Shown here: positions 1 to 12,100 of the stretch, piece after piece | Layout: each line of letters opens with the position of its first letter | How positions within the stretch are numbered: position 1 is the stretch's first letter | Assembly: GCA_002633005.1 (NCBI GenBank) | Contig: NMRA01000349.1 | Coordinates: forward strand, 1 to 64,000 | DNA length: 64,000 nucleotides | Reading direction: 5' to 3' | Source: Phoronis australis | Taxonomy: Eukaryota; Animalia; Phoronida | Translations under genes and position numbers: made by a program | Notes under the pieces: generated by a model | The model's database searches: none | Told to the model about the DNA's origin: nothing | Seen by the model: the letters and a program-made list of their open reading frames with translations, nothing else

Positions 1-56
1 ACTGAAATGTGCAAGAAAATTTTTTTAAAACTTGTGAGGATCACAAAAGTATTGTT

Positions 57-946
57 TGCGGAACGGTTCCGCATGCAGAACGGTTCTGCAACTGTCACAT
101 TGATCAACTAATTACTGTTAGGATTGTCACATCGATACTTTCAAGTGGCATTGATAATGTAATGTATTTTAAGTTGATTGGTGAAATCAAATACCCAGCA
201 AAACCATTCTGTTTGGGAAATCGCACCCCATACAGAACGGTTCCGCATGCGGAATGGTTCCGCAACTGTCGCATTGATCAAGTAATTATTATTAGGATTG
301 TCACATTGATACTTTCAAGTGGTATTGATTATGGAATGCATTTTAACTTTATTGGTCATGAGAATTTAAAAAATTGCGGAACCGTTCCGCATGTGGAACC
401 ATTCTGCAACCGTCACATTGATTAATATATTATTGAGAGTGGACACATTATACTCTCAAGTACTATTGAGAATGGAATGTAATTCATGTTTATTGGGCCG
501 AGAGAAAAGTAAAAATTTTAGTCCTGTGCTAAACTTTTTGTGGAACTCTTCTGGAACTTTCACACTGATTTTTAAAAATAAATTATTATTTTGATTATTA
601 TTCCACAAAATATACATATTTCTCAAGTCACAGTATTCCACAAAACTTGCGCAGTGCGTAATATTCCGCAAAATCTGCGTAATATTCCGCAAAATCTGCG
701 TAATATTCCGCAAAATCTGCGTAATATGCCGCAAAATCTGCGTAATATTCCGCAAAATATGCGGAATATTCCGCAGATTTTGCGGAATATTCCGCAAGGC
801 AAAAATTGAACTTCTAATTAAGAAAATGCTAATTGAGGAAATAAAAATGTAACATTGTAAACATGTTTAGGGTAAGGTATAGATTTGTTACATACCATTT
901 TTTATGGCCCTAAGTGGATATTAAAAAGTGCGGAACCGTTCCGCAC
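57..946. repeat. Dispersed TGCGGAAC(G/C)GTTCCGCA palindromes, probably the arm of a TIR element
   Basis: Copies near 57, 233, 249, 375, 392 and 929 within longer diverged 140-180-bp units. Confidence 0.75.
657..797. repeat. 21-bp tandem repeat (cgtaatattccgcaaaatctg), about 6.5 copies
   Basis: Directly visible; it generates the spurious RNIPQNL and RNITQIL ORFs. Confidence 0.95.
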
Positions 947-2220
947 AATTTGAGACTAAATAATATTGTCTCATTTGAAAAAAATATCGCCTTTGATGCA
1001 CATTCGTATCTTGAACAAAAGTTGAATTTCCAACAAAAAATAATTTCAAGCACTTTTAGGAAAGGGCAAGGTCAGTTTAATGGGCACTTCACATTGAAAT
1101 AAATAGGATGCTCTTTATAGTTTTGGCACAAACACCAGAAAATTGTAAAAGACTGTTTTTGTAGCAGCTTGTCTACAAATGTTTTATCCATGAGGGGATG
1201 ACAAAGTAAACAGTTGAACATGCCTTTCACTTCTGCAAAAGTCGCCATGTTCTTCAAGTGGGTGGCTGAACGAAATGTGAGCACTTAAACCCCTCATTAC
1301 AAAAACTTACAGCTGCTTGATTAAATTCAAGTGAAAACTCTTGGATTGTACCGAATGGGAAGTCAGGATGTTTATCACTAAATTTTGTTGGTAGAATATT
1401 TGTGAAAATAGTCTCAAGGTCTTTTAAGCTGGTAACCTGTGCTACTGGCCGACCTGATCAAAGTCAAAATGTGAGTCGCAATAACTTGAACGCACAGTTC
1501 ACATTTGATGTTTTTCATTTTTTTATATTTCAAACATCTGTAACTTTACTGTGCTGCAGGCTTTTGTCTTCAAAGTGTTCGCCTGCTTCATATAGTCTCA
1601 AACGTACCCTTAATTAAAAATGCAATCAATAAAAAATAAAAAACGAAAATGCGCATTCAAGAGATTTCTCGATTTTTTTCACACATTAACATTAACTTAC
1701 AATGTCCAGATCCTCCTAAACTGGATTGTAAAAGCAGTTGTGTGACACCCACTTTAAAAACTACAAAAAGTGCCAGACTTATCTCCCCTTGTATCATGGA
1801 TGCAGCCTAAGCAGGGAAATTGTTTGTAGCAATTTTAGTAGGGATTCCTCATACATCACTTCCTAATCCCATAATTTGTATTCTTTCATTGGGTGCAATT
1901 CACCACTTTGTGGAAAATTGCTGTTGTTGGTATGCAAAAATGTGTCATTTTCTTTGGGAAACTTTGAAGGCCTACAGGTAAGAATAAAAGGTCAATAAGT
2001 GCAAAATTGGTGATTTTTGTATTGCAGCCAGACTTCGATCACATGCGCAAAGTTGAAACTGAATCTGAAAAGTGACCCCCAGCCGAGGGTGATATTAATT
2101 TTGATTTCTTTTGATTTTCTGGTGGAATGGCACTTAACACCGGGATGTTGCCACTGCATCTAAAATCTTATAACTACTGTATCTTGCATTTTTGTGCATA
2201 CATGTATATTACAGAAATTA

Positions 2221-2922
2221 CACCGGAGTCAGCAATAATATATATTTTCAGAGTAGCAAACCTTTGGAGTACTTTAACCTTCGCATCACTGAACCTTGCA
2301 GTGAACCTTCAGAGCAGTGGACCTTCGTTGTGGGTCTAGGTTTTTACTCTTAAGGACTTAGCTTTACTCCAAAGGACCTAAACTCCAATCGGCCGTTACT
2401 CTCAAGGGTCGTTACTCTGAAGGGCCGTTACTTGGGCATGTTATTTCACACACGTTGCTACCTGTTGCACAGCTGCCAACAGTCCAGGCCATTTGATAAC
2501 CAAAAAATGAGGACAATTCAAAACAAAATGAATCTAGACAAAATTTGCATCTGATTTCTTGAAAAATTTGTACAGAACTCAATGAAAAATCATATTGCAA
2601 GTTAAAAACAACTCCTCCATTTCTGACTGTGTTTTTTCTAAAATCAAACTTTGAAATCAATGTCAAAAGAATTAATTTTGTATCACTTTCGGAGTAACGA
2701 CCCTTCACAGTATATAAAAGAGAAAACGGAGTTAGTGGCAACATTATTTTGGAGTTATGGCTCTTCCGAGTCACCGTGTATTGCTTCAATTTTATCCCAA
2801 GGCCTGCTAAAATCTTCCAAACAACGGTACTTCGGAATAAAGGCCCTTCAGGGTAACAACTAGCTTCATTCGGAGAAGTGGTCTCTTCCTAAGCTGGGTC
2901 AGTTTGAAATGCACGGACGGTG
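2221..2922. mobile_element. Small CACTA-like non-autonomous element
   Basis: TA|caccg...cggtg|TA; internal gccgttactct/ggagtaacga and ggacct repeats. Confidence 0.4.
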
Positions 2923-3020
2923 TAAGTGTTTCTAAATTACTTTTATATTCAATAGTCTTCCATATGATTATGTTAGTGTTTTAAACTGAAAATTGTATAG
3001 TGCTCTACAATTATTAATAC

Positions 3021-3134
3021 CTGTGTCATGTTGCTCGTTGAAAAAGCAGCAGCAGCAGCAACAGTAGCAGCAGCAGCAGCAGCAGAAGCTTCACTTTGAC
3101 GTTTTGCAGCATTGGTGGGGTCGTTCCTTGGTTG
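3021..3134 (-). CDS. Linker exon with poly-alanine tract
   Basis: 114 nt, phase 0-0; the (CAG)n microsatellite at 3046-3087 reads as GCT (Ala) on the minus strand: SAAAAAATVAAAAAF. Confidence 0.7.
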
Positions 3135-6100
3135 CTAAGGAAGCAAATGCCATGAACAAGTCAAGTACAGTTGAGTTTAGGTGTAAGTGTAATAGACATA
3201 TTAAACACTCCGTGTCATTACTCTTGAACAGAACTATGCAATTCTGAATATGTTTCATTCAATATATTCGTAAGAATGTCATCATACCTCGTCATGGTTG
3301 TTCATCGCGTTATCACCAAACTTTGTGTCAGCATCAGTTTCACAGGACTTCAGAGAAGCATTAGGTACTTTAGAGACGTCCACACCATTCCCATATCCCC
3401 CTTTTCCAGATTTGCCATGAATGTCTCCTTCCTAAATGTACAGCAATAAATTGCACTACCAGTAGCTCTTTAATTATGAGTTCCAAGCAAAATGAAGAGA
3501 CTGAGGTAACCTACAAACCATGATGAACTGGAAGTACCTAATATAGACCGGGGTGGAGAGTGTACATCCAAACATTTTTAAATCTGGTCAGCACCCATTC
3601 TGTGGCCATATCACAGACCTAATGAATAAAAGTGTGAAAAAGGTTTCTGCTCTAGTGAATATCAGTCGATCTGAAGTCCATGTTGGGGGGCAGAAATGCT
3701 TTTAGAGTATTCAGACACGTATATAAAGAGGCCAAAGGTGTCATGCGCCCATGACTGTACCGCAAACGATCTTCTTCAGGAGGTGTTTATTTGTATCATA
3801 AAAATGGCCATTTGATGGCTCAGACTACATTGAACACATCCAAAAATAGGAAGGTGTCATCTTTTCTCAAAATCATTAGTCAAATTTTATTTCAGAAACA
3901 TCTTGCAACCGGTAAAGAAGATATAGCCGTGTACCCCCAAAAAACTAAGGGGGGCAGAGTAATTCAACACCTCCAAAAATCCACATCAGCCTCAGTCTTC
4001 TCATCTGAAACACATCTCCAAATTATAATAATGATCCTTAAAGCAGTTTTTTTGGTGGATGGAGAGGGTGATGTCAAAAACGTAATAGACCATGCGCGCA
4101 CCTAGCCTTCAATATGGGGGGCTCGAATTCCTAACGTCGTGCACCTTTTGGTGACAAAATGGCCAGCGGACTAAAAAAAAACGGGCGCACCACTGTGAAT
4201 TGTGCTTGTTGAGACTTTTGTCTCATTTTCTCTGACTTTTTGTTTCTCACAGGCGGACCTTTTTGCCCACACTAGAAAGCTATTTGCAAAACTTCATAAT
4301 AGAAACGGCCGCTACAGTGTATATATCGACTCTATCCGAAAACGGGAACCTGTCGACTCTTTAGTTGAAACCTGTTTATTAAATTTCATAAAGATCTGCC
4401 AAGTTTCAAACATACACGGGACAAAAACAGTAATAAAACTGCCACCAGGGAGCACATCATTTGTCGCATGCGTCTGCAAGTTATCATCTTCCGTTGTCTG
4501 TGTCCTCCATATAAATACCCTCGGTAAAATTAATTACCGGTAAGATTTTTCAGAAACTTTAGGAGATTTAGCCACGAGAGCAAAAATACCACTAGGAGGC
4601 GCCACAGTTGTCGAGATCATCAGCAGGTGTCCTCTTTATAGTAAAAACACACATGTCAATTTCCACAATCAACTTTAGAGTGCTTTGGTTGATAGTGGGG
4701 CGGATGCCAAAAACCAGACTCGAAAACAGTAAAATAGTAAGATGGCAACTACATGTAGGTGGCACAAAATACCTCAAATCCATGCAAAAAGGTGAGGATA
4801 ACATAACTTCAAACATATAAATATGTGGGTGCACCAATGCGATATACATTTCCATGCCCTTTTAAGAATTAAATACTCATATTGCACTCAGGAGTTCAAG
4901 GACGAGATGCCCAGTTGCCCAATACTAAGTCTGATTAGCTTTTTGTTTTCAACCAGTGGTCCGGATGGCTCAGTGGACTAGAGTGTCTTCAAGGTTTGCA
5001 GTTCATTCCGGTTTCGAGTCTAGTTGTGTTGAATCAGATTCTGAAATCTTTTCAGACTGATAATCATTAGGTCATGCAGTGGTCAGACTCAGAAATGTTT
5101 GCGATACAATATCTTTCCAAACAAGGCCAGTCAGAGAACAGCTAGGAACGATTCATTTGAGAATTGAAATTTAAATAGAAAATTGAATTTCAATTGAATA
5201 TGTCTCTTGAATAAAAATTCAGTTGGCACTGCCCTCCAACCTGATAGAATGGCTATTGAATGTTTATTGAATAACTATTGAATAATTGAAAGGCTGTTGA
5301 GGATCAAGACTGCTTGACATCAATGGCAATTGAATTTAAGCACTTAAAGAATTTCTATAAGTTCTGAATTGAATGGCTATCATGCGCACGCACCCAGCCA
5401 TGGAAATGGGGGGGCTCGAATTTCTGTCGATGTGGACCTTTTGCTGACAAAACATCAGGACTAAAAAATGGGGTATCACCTCCAGAAGCCTCTGTCTGCG
5501 TCTTTTTAGTGGACTTTTCTCTTATTTTCTGGGACTGAGGCGGACTTTTTTGCGCACTTGGTCAAATTGGGTGCGCATGGCTATTGAATTTCAGGATGGT
5601 CTGATTTGAAATGAGACAATTTCACGCATCATACCAGGCATGATTTGCAAAAATTGCACCACATACTAAGATCTTACTCGATAAGCCAGTATTAAAAACT
5701 CACTAGCAAAAGTTTTGATTCTCTATTTTTCTAATATTTTTTTCAATCAAATCCTAAAGGCTATGAAAACTGGAGGGTCTACACATGAGGTTGTGACTTT
5801 GTCTCACAAACTGAACAGCAAAAAAATTCACCTGCCCATGAGAATTGACTCCTAAATTGGTGTGACTTTCTGTATATTAATTGAACTCTGCATGCTCCAA
5901 GCTCTTTAGACATAATGTTAATCTATTTTAAACTGGCCTAGCTGAACTGCTGCGATATGGCTAATAAACTAAGAAAGTATTTAATGTATTTCCTGAGCAA
6001 CAAAAGCAATGCAAAAATTCAAATTTACTTATTTTACTTTATCCTTTCTAACTGGATTTTTCTCAACTTTTTAGCAGAGAAAGACTTTGAAAACATGCAT

Positions 6101-9100
6101 GATGAAGTGAAAAGACTAAAAGTACTTGGGAGCCAATGCCCACCAATACTTTGCCAGTCAATTCCTGTAGTGGACAGAAACCTCCAATTAATGAACTATA
6201 ATAAGTAAGTCAGTGTGAACCCCAAGTTCTGCAGAGACCTTGAAAGGCCACACAATGGCTACATTTAAGGATTTGGTGTCTCCTGTGAATTGTGATTTTC
6301 AGACAGCCAATCTTTTGCTGCTACAGCCCCTTATGCCTGAAATTCTTTTTCTGTGACTTATTGCACTGAAGTGACATGTGATTTAGTTCATGTACGAGGC
6401 CAAGCCTACAAATGATGCAAGAACACCACAATCTACAGTTATAGTCAGCATTTAAAGAGTTCCCACCATGACCCTGTGTCTCAAAAAGGAATTTTATTAT
6501 TACATCTTAACAGATTTAATAGCCTTTAATTCACCTGTTGCTACGAAACAATCTAAAATTTTTAAAAATATATTTTTCTGTTATCGATTTTGTACGCAAT
6601 GAGTGGAAGACCGCCTCAGCCGTTGTTGTTTTACCAGAGCGACAGTGAGGAGTTGTGAAGAAAGTCCGCGTGGAGCCGTCTTTTTCAGACATGAAAAGGT
6701 GCGTTTGTGGAAACTGTGGTAACAACTTGACTGTGAACGTCTTAGTGTTCAAATTTCCTAAATACGTGAAAGTTGCACAAAAATGGCATCGGTTTGTCAT
6801 GGGCGGCGCACCATAGGGGCATAGGGTAGGGCTATAGCCCCCACTTTTTCAGGGCTAAGCCGCCCATGGTCTATAGGCGGTGCAACACAGGAGGGCTGGG
6901 GGGGGGTGTTTAGCCCCCACTTTTTCAGTGCTGCGCCACCCATGATTGTGCGCCGAACAAGAGTGTGGAGTGTCAGTGTGGAACATGAGATTCAGTTTGG
7001 CGTAAGCCACACTTTGATCGGCACATTTCAAAGAATCGTGTTTCGACCACACACATAAGCGGCGTTACAATGAAGGACTCACCACCAAGTAAGTGCATTT
7101 GCAAATTTTGTAAATAACGAACAAACTGCTTCCATTCTAGGGCGAGTGATGCCAGGCCCTGGACCCCGACCCAGATCGAGTGCTACTACAAGTAGGCTTA
7201 TGCATATTGTGTTTAGACTGTGCTCATTCCATCACGGCAACAGTGAATACGAGTAACCCAGGTTGGCTGTGGCCTTTGTCAGTAATTATTAAGTGTCTAT
7301 TTTGTGAGTATTGACCACCACTTGGCAGAGTTGGTTGTGGCTCACATATGTCACTTCTCGTGCAAGTGGGTTGAGTTCATACTGCCTAAACCCGACGAAA
7401 GTTCGCTAAATGGGAAATCCAATTCATTGTCTGATTCTTCAAGTACTTGAGTATAAGTGCCGGTATCCACTCTCCTCTCTGTCTGTATAATAATTGTCCA
7501 ATTCTCGCCTAATGTTGTCATTGTCTTCTGACCTGCAGTGTTCCTACATTGCAAATGATTGTCAAGCGGTCAACCGTCTTCCACCCATTGCATCATTTGG
7601 CGGGAAACTTAGAAATGAGTAATTTTTCTTCAAAATTAAAAAAGTTGCCACTCTTTGGCATAAAAAGTGCCTATTCAGCAAGATTTTATGGTATTCGATT
7701 CATATTAGCTAACTGAAACCTGAAAAACTAAGAAAATGCATAGTGGGAACTCTTTAAGCGATTCTTCAAAGTTGACAAACTAAAGGCTGTCACATTTCAA
7801 TGATAACACAACTGGTCCATCAAACATCTAAAACAGTACTTTTGTTATTCTTTATTTAATGCTACGGAGGTTATATGATAACAATACGTGAGCAAATATG
7901 GATTTAAGGTTTTCCAATGCTTAGTTGTCAATGATTTGAATCTACTCTAATTGCATGTCAGGTTGTTCTTATCTGTTGAAAAAGTTTGCAACAATATATC
8001 TAATTTTTGAGTTAATTTTTATAGAAAATACTCGAAATTTAATTGATTATGTATAGTAAGAAAAATTGAATGGCAATTGGACAGCTATTGAATTAATGTT
8101 ACTGAAAATGGGGAGAAATTCAACTGAGATTAAATTGATTCTGTATTGCAAGGAGAATAGATTATGGCTATGAACGGCTATAGAATTAGAGTTGAATGGC
8201 TATTGAATAATTACGTTAATGAATTGAATCAATGCATTTACATACTAAAACTTCACTCAATGTCAACTGCATCTCAATTGAGTTTTAATTCCTCTCCCAC
8301 CTGAAAGTCCCATGTACTTTTTCATATGGGATAGTGAGCTCGCCCTTGTTACAAGAAACCTTGCTTTGCCTTGAAAACGTTTCGGCAACCAGGCCAGTCT
8401 GTGTTTTAAGACTCACCGGTTCCCCCACAGGTTTCTTAGATTGGTGAGAATCCACATTTGAATTGCTGTCTTGAGACTTTCCTTTCTTCTTGCCCTAAAA
8501 GCAAAGATGCAAATGAACAATAAATGCTTGTCTACTGATAAGAGGTTTGGATGTTGAATCAAAAAGTTACTTTCATGTTTTCTTAAGTTACATCTAACAA
8601 TGACTTTGATGCAGATAAACACAGATCAGATGACTAACCCGTTTTGGAACTGTGTGCCAGTTACTGTCAGCTGCATTCATACTTGATTGTGCCTTAGTTT
8701 TGTGTTGGGTGTCAACAGACCTGTCTCTCTGGTTTCCTGGCTGCTGAAAAGTAGAAATGATATAATGCTGCCCTTAAATAACCTTTTATTTGCCATCACA
8801 CTGTCCTCCAGCTTTCATTGAAGATTAAGTATGTGGTTATTAATAAGCAAGATATGCAATTTTATGCAGGGCTGCATTCATATTATCTACGATGACGGAG
8901 AAATTTTGCAGTTGGGTGGTAACAGGTGGTCAAGGGATTAGAACAAGAGCAACATGTTGCAATGAAATGCACCCACCAATGCATCGCAAATGGTGTGCTT
9001 TTAGGGATTATTGGCATCACAAAAATGAGATTGAATAACTAGCTCTGTTGCCTAGACTAGTATACACTCTGCAGATTTTTTGATAGAGTTAGTAATAACT

Positions 9101-12100
9101 TTACGTTTTAACCTTCATTACAGTAGATGAGGCTCAGAAGAATAAAAATTCTAAGTTCGAAACAAATTCCTGTTTTAGGATGAAACCTACCATTTCTGAA
9201 TGATTATGTGCAACTCAATTCATCTACGTGATTCTGAAAATGACTTCAGTAATTCCTAATCGTATCAAATCAATTACTTATTGTATTTTCTACTGTTGAT
9301 ACTTGAAAATTGGAATTTTTAAAATGGCCACTCTTTAGAGACGCTTAAATACATGGAATTCAGAGACAGAAAATGCATAAATTTCTTTAACACGAACCGA
9401 ATTTGATAATTCCTTTTCATTTTGCACAACTGAACAACCCTTTATATAATAGATTCAGTTGGCATTTGGTGAGTGACCAGAAGATTTTAGTTTAGCCTGT
9501 AACACAATCGATTCTCGAATAAGGACCTTGACTGTGATTCACCCAATAGTTGTTGTTCTAACCTTCGAAATATTATCTTCGTGAGTTATAGGTATACCAA
9601 ATGTAGCATTTGCTTTAAAAATTTGAGTTTCTAGACAAGAGCAGAAATCCATTGAATCAAACACACCATCCGGAGTCGCCAAAAATGACAATCACAGCAT
9701 TCAGAGTGGCTACACATACGACAGATCCAATTTTCCATGACTGTTATTTATTCATGTATTGATTTGACCATAAACTATTTATGAAGAATCTTTGATTTGA
9801 CTTCCTCTGTGCAAAATTGAATCAGCAGTGTGAAGAAGTATGTACATGTTTTCATCAAAATTATAATACACCCAAAGAGACGCACGCATTAACGTAACTG
9901 TATTTCTGTGTGACATTTTCTGTAAACTACTACTTACAGAATTGTTAAACATAAACAATAATTGCAGGCTGTGTGGTACACACCCTTACTGAACTGACGA
10001 ACCCACAACCTTCCCTGTAAGGGAAGCGCGGACATCAATATGTCACTAGGCCACAATGCCATGCTCTTAAAGTAATGTTAGCCTGTGGAACAAATTTCAT
10101 GGGCAAACCACAGTAGATTGATAACTTAGGCTTTCCCCGACAAATTTCGAGGCTGTGTGGATAGTCACTGCTTGGCAAGTGTCTCCATCCCTATTCAAAA
10201 TGATGCTACCATCCATCGACGGTGTGTTGTGCGTTATTCAGTACCAACCTATTGCTGGAACGTTTATGAAAGTTTTATCTACCTCATCATCACTTTCAGC
10301 TGGCAGAGATGCAGAGGAGGCCGGAACAACCATTTTCCACTCACCAGATTGTGGAGTTAACGGCACTACCGTGACTGTTCCCACTGTTTTCTAAAATTTT
10401 AAATGCAATCTCCAATCTATTTCATGTTCCTGGAGTGAATAATCTGAACTCTCACAACTGAGAAGGACGATGGCAGAATAGGGCAACATAGTCATCACGT
10501 AAATAACAGAAGTGTATATACTATGAAGTCAATGTTCTGTAACCATAGCACTCATGTTACATGTATGTCTTTAAATTCCCCCTTATGAAAAAGATTAAGG
10601 AAATTCTTATCCCGAAAGCCGGTGAGAATCTCACTGGATTCCAGTTAGATTCCAGTGAGAATCTAACTAATTAAGATGCCATTTAAATTAGTGAGAAACA
10701 AATTCTCACTCTAGTGAGAATACAGTGATACTCCAGTTAGAATTCAGGGGGAATCTAACTAATTTGCATAGTATTTCGACTCAGTGAGAATTTGTCTTGC
10801 TGAAATTCACATTGAGTAGGAACGCCGTGCACATTAGTGAGAATTTGTCGTACTGAAATCCTCATTGAGTGAAAATCTCACTGGGTAAGAATTTTGAACA
10901 TAGAATATTTTGTGTCTGCATTTATAGCCACTGACTGAATTGGATGAGAGTTCAAAGCTTTGTTGGTAACCAAAACACTGCTTATTTTGTGAGCTTATCT
11001 TGAAATTTGACTAAAGGTACAATTTAATTGCAAATTGTGAAATAAAGCCTACTTTAACTTACAATTTTAATGCCTTTGGTGAATCAGCAAAATACTAAAA
11101 ACTCAGCTGTCAACACAGAATGAAGACATCAGTCTTTACTGGTGCTTCTTGCACTCTACTAGATGTATGAATGTACTAACCTTAAGGTTATTAACACATA
11201 AATTCAGTCCAGGACTAATTCCAGTTGACTTGCAGACAAACAGTTCAGTAATTTCACAACATTTGTGAGAAAAACGCCAACAATCTTCAACCTATTTCTC
11301 TACTGCTAATTCCTGGTGCCATTTTAGTTTGAATTCAGAAATTTGGTTCAACTGAAATTTCCACTGGAACAGCCAAGGTGTTTGTTTATATTAAATTCTC
11401 ACTGAATTCTAATTCCAAGTTTGGCAAGTCCAAATTCTCACTCGATCAATTCTCACTCAGAAATTGTCTAAGTCTGAAATTTTCACTGGATTCTCACTCA
11501 GAATTTTTCTAAGATCAAAGTCACTGGTTTCTCGCTCAGGATTTTTCTAAGACCAAAATTCTCACTGGATTCTAACTGTTACATAGTTTCTCACTATTTC
11601 TCACTGACTGCCTCAGCTGTTCAATTCCCACTGGATTCTCACTGGCATTTCTAACTATAATGGGTGATTTAGTGAGAATCTAACTAACTGGAATCTCACT
11701 GGAATCCAATGAGATTAATTCTCACTTTCTTTTTCATAAGGGCGGCCATAAGGGTCTTGGATGGTATGAAGCCTGTATAATTTTTACCCATCAATAACAG
11801 TACATTTGACATTCACAAACTATGGGTGAAAGCTGGGCTTGCGGAATACGAGTCGTTTTGACGTATGTATCTGTAGAACGGTAGCAGACTGAAGCTAAGG
11901 GTTGCCTAAAAGACATTAGGTATCCAATAGATTTTAGCATTCTGGATTAATTAGAATATCCACAGCTTTTGGTAGGAAGCTCGAGAAGAATAATGATATT
12001 GGAAAAACATTTATTTAGGGACCAATTAAAAGTCCAATATGCACTCCCGCACATATACTTTCTGTGTATCATAACTGCACCATCAGAGTAGACGATATTG

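Larger units (their letters stand above)
5150..8330. mobile_element. EnSpm-like element with AATTGAA/GGCTATTGAA subterminal arrays; left end not defined
   Basis: attgaa arrays at 5150-5600 and 8040-8290; right terminus ctttttcatatggg resembles the terminus of the 10580 element. Confidence 0.5.

Noticed and set aside
456-809. ORFs with RNIPQNL and RNITQIL heptad repeats; superficially CRISPR-like periodicity
   Set aside because: They are translations of a 21-bp head-to-tail tandem repeat with no unique spacers and no cas genes, in a eukaryotic context.
1250-1810. Further exons of the minus-strand gene (candidate donors near 1700 and 1780, open frame about 1455-1255)
   Set aside because: Splice sites and phase could not be resolved unambiguously without transcript data.
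9560-9760. FLATPDG motif on the minus strand suggesting a YqaJ-like exonuclease remnant
   Set aside because: Only one short motif; no clear ExK motif or continuous frame.
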